From: Felis catus
Lineage: Eukaryota
Length of the DNA: 64,000 bases
Assembly (NCBI RefSeq): GCF_018350175.1
Contig: NC_058368.1
Span: forward strand, 24,678,001 to 24,742,000
Direction of reading: 5' to 3'
Position numbers and translations under genes: made by a program. A model generated the notes under the pieces. The model was not told the origin of the DNA, searched no databases, and saw nothing but the letters and a program-made list of their open reading frames with translations. Shown here in pieces: positions 61,882 through 64,000 of this stretch (within the stretch, counting starts at the first letter, position 1; every line of letters starts with the position of its first letter).

Positions 61882-62283
61882 GGAGCGCCTGGGTGACTCA
61901 GTTGGTTAAGCGTCTGACTTTGGCTCAGGCCATGATCTTGTGGTTCACGAGTTCAAGCCCCGAGTCAGGCTCTGTGCTGACAGCTCAGAGCCTGAAGCCT
62001 GCTTCAGGTTCTGCCCCTCCCCCACTCACGCTGGCTCTCTCTCTGTCTCAAAAATACATAAAAACATCATCAAAAATGTAAAACTCATCCAGCTCTTGAT
62101 TTCATCTCAGGTCCTGGTCTCACAGTTTGGGAGATGAAGCCACTCCTGTCGGGCGAGGAGCCCGCTTGGGATTGTCTCTCTCCCCTTCTCTCTGCCCCTT
62201 CCCTGCTTGTTCTCCCCGCTTGTTCTCTCTCACTCTCTCAAAATAAATAAATACATAAAAGCAAACTAAAAAAAATAAATAAA
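61882..62283 (+). mobile_element. CanSINE inserted into or next to an older truncated CanSINE
   Basis: Two (CT)n plus A-tail modules; aaactca(c/t)cc repeated at the junctions. Confidence 0.8.
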
Positions 62284-64000
62284 CTCATCCCTTCAGTTTT
62301 ATCACCTGTAAAATCAAGCTATTAATAGAGACTGTTAGTGATGTAAGAATAGCGGACATCTGGCCCACAGTGTGTGCTTAGCAATCGTTAGACGTCGTTA
62401 TTGATGGCAAAGGAAGAGCCCTTCCAGATAAAAATTATTGCAGCATCATGGCATAGAGATTTCAGGCATGGATAGCACCATGTGCCTGAGCGCACCTGAA
62501 AACCATTCTAGGAAGAGAGCTTTGGCTCACCCACTTGCCATTCAGCACTTGAAATAGATCTCTTCAGATGTCTCACAGTTATGTAAATTGGAGATCTTGA
62601 TTTAATTCAGACATATGGTCATAAAAAAGGGTGAGGACTTCCTTGACATAAGAAAACTGCACGTGTTATTTTTAATGGGATACTTCTGGGCCAGCTTGGC
62701 GTTCTCTTGAGGCAACATTCTGGTGAGCGCCCTGTTCCTGGAGTTGCGTGTTAAGTGTGGGCTTACCAACCTTTCTCAGCAGGCACTGCTGTAGAGCTAC
62801 GATATGGGGCTCTTTGAAGGTTTTCAAAGAGCTTTGAAGATGGCACTTTCTGGGCCCCTGCGGAAAGGGAATCCAGATTGGCTTTGGCTGGGAAGAAGTG
62901 GGCTGTGGTTTAGATACGGAAATCAAGTTCTGTTGTGAAATAAAAGGAGAATACTGCTGTTTAGGAAGGCAGTAAAAATGGTGCATGGCAGCAAGTCACA
63001 GAAAATAGGGAAGACAGAGCTCTAGGGGTTATGGGATAGAGGCTCAGTGACCTGGGCCCTGAGTAAGAGAGAGTGGTCAGAATGGGAGGGGAGACTGTCG
63101 GGGGCTGGGGGTGGTGAGAGGAAGGGCTGGGGGAGAAGACCTCTAGGCCTATGCTGGGTCCCTCTCGTGCATCCAGGAGCATCCCTGAATGGTGTCTTTA
63201 TCACTGACCACCCAGCCTTCACCCATATGGAAACCACTAAGTCCACCTCTGAGCTGCACACAGAAGAAACGGGGCTCCACCTGCTCCTGTACCTTTCCAG
63301 CCGCCAGACTAGCAGGGGCGACCCCCCCCAGCAATGCCATAGGCCGGCTTCTGTCCAACTGCCCTGTGCAGACACTTCCCCCACAACCTCCCAGGATACC
63401 TAAAACCCAAGAGGGGCGCTGGGGAAGCTCCGGTCTTCAGCTTGGGCACAGGTCCTGCCAAACTGAGCAACATCTAGACCCTCAGGCTGGGATAGTGCTT
63501 AAGGACATCCCCGTTACACTTATAATGTGAGATTATCTTCCTACTTCTTTTAAAGCTATTTGCCTTTTACACAGGAAACACTCTCCACTGTGCCCACCGA
63601 GAACTCGGAAGAGCTGCGATTCCATTTGCTCAAAGGAGCGCAGGCAAGGAGCGAGATCTAATCGTCATGATAACAAACGCTCTCTATTATCGTAATGGAA
63701 TGAATGCGGTTGGAATCCAAATACGGGGACATTTGAGGGCTCCTTGAGCTTTGCCAAAAGGAACACTGTAGATCACTTTGGGTCTCTTTTTTGGCATATT
63801 GCCAAATAGAAGGGGAAATGAAATGGGAAAGTTCCAGTTAAGGCAATCCTTTCTGTGATGTATGATGTTACAAGGAACTGCCCTTGTCTGGATGCTGTTT
63901 TAAGGTCTGTTTATTACCGTGCTTTTGGGCCAAGAGAATCCTCAGTTAAGTTCAATTGGAAATCTGGTGCCCGAGCAAGTATCTCCCAATTAAATAATGA

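Noticed and set aside
62300..64000. Search for exons of a neighbouring downstream gene
   Set aside because: No ORF or splice pattern that I could match to a known protein.

Overview
Mammalian genomic DNA, almost certainly a felid, judging from about 35 SINEC_Fc/CanSINE-type tRNA-derived SINEs and a cat-type L1 3' end. The + strand carries the whole coding region of RUBCNL (Pacer/KIAA0226L/C13orf18), an autophagy regulator with a C-terminal Rubicon-homology zinc-binding domain. I traced 13 coding exons by hand from ATG 9738 to TGA 36784. All splice phases are compatible and give 1974 nt (657 aa). One intron has a GC donor. The rest of the window is introns, 3' UTR and about 26 kb of downstream intergenic DNA rich in SINE, L1, L2, MIR, MaLR/MLT and MER relics. 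The most striking unexplained structure is at about 60.1-60.5 kb. It is a minus-strand core promoter with canonical spacing (Inr at +1, TATA at -30, a RORE abutting the TATA, CCAAT at about -52) directly preceded by a 31-bp minisatellite with one E-box per unit, and it points back toward RUBCNL. Several unusual splicing features surround the first and third coding exons. Repeat family names and comparisons to human Pacer come from recall, not from database searches, and repeat boundaries are approximate.
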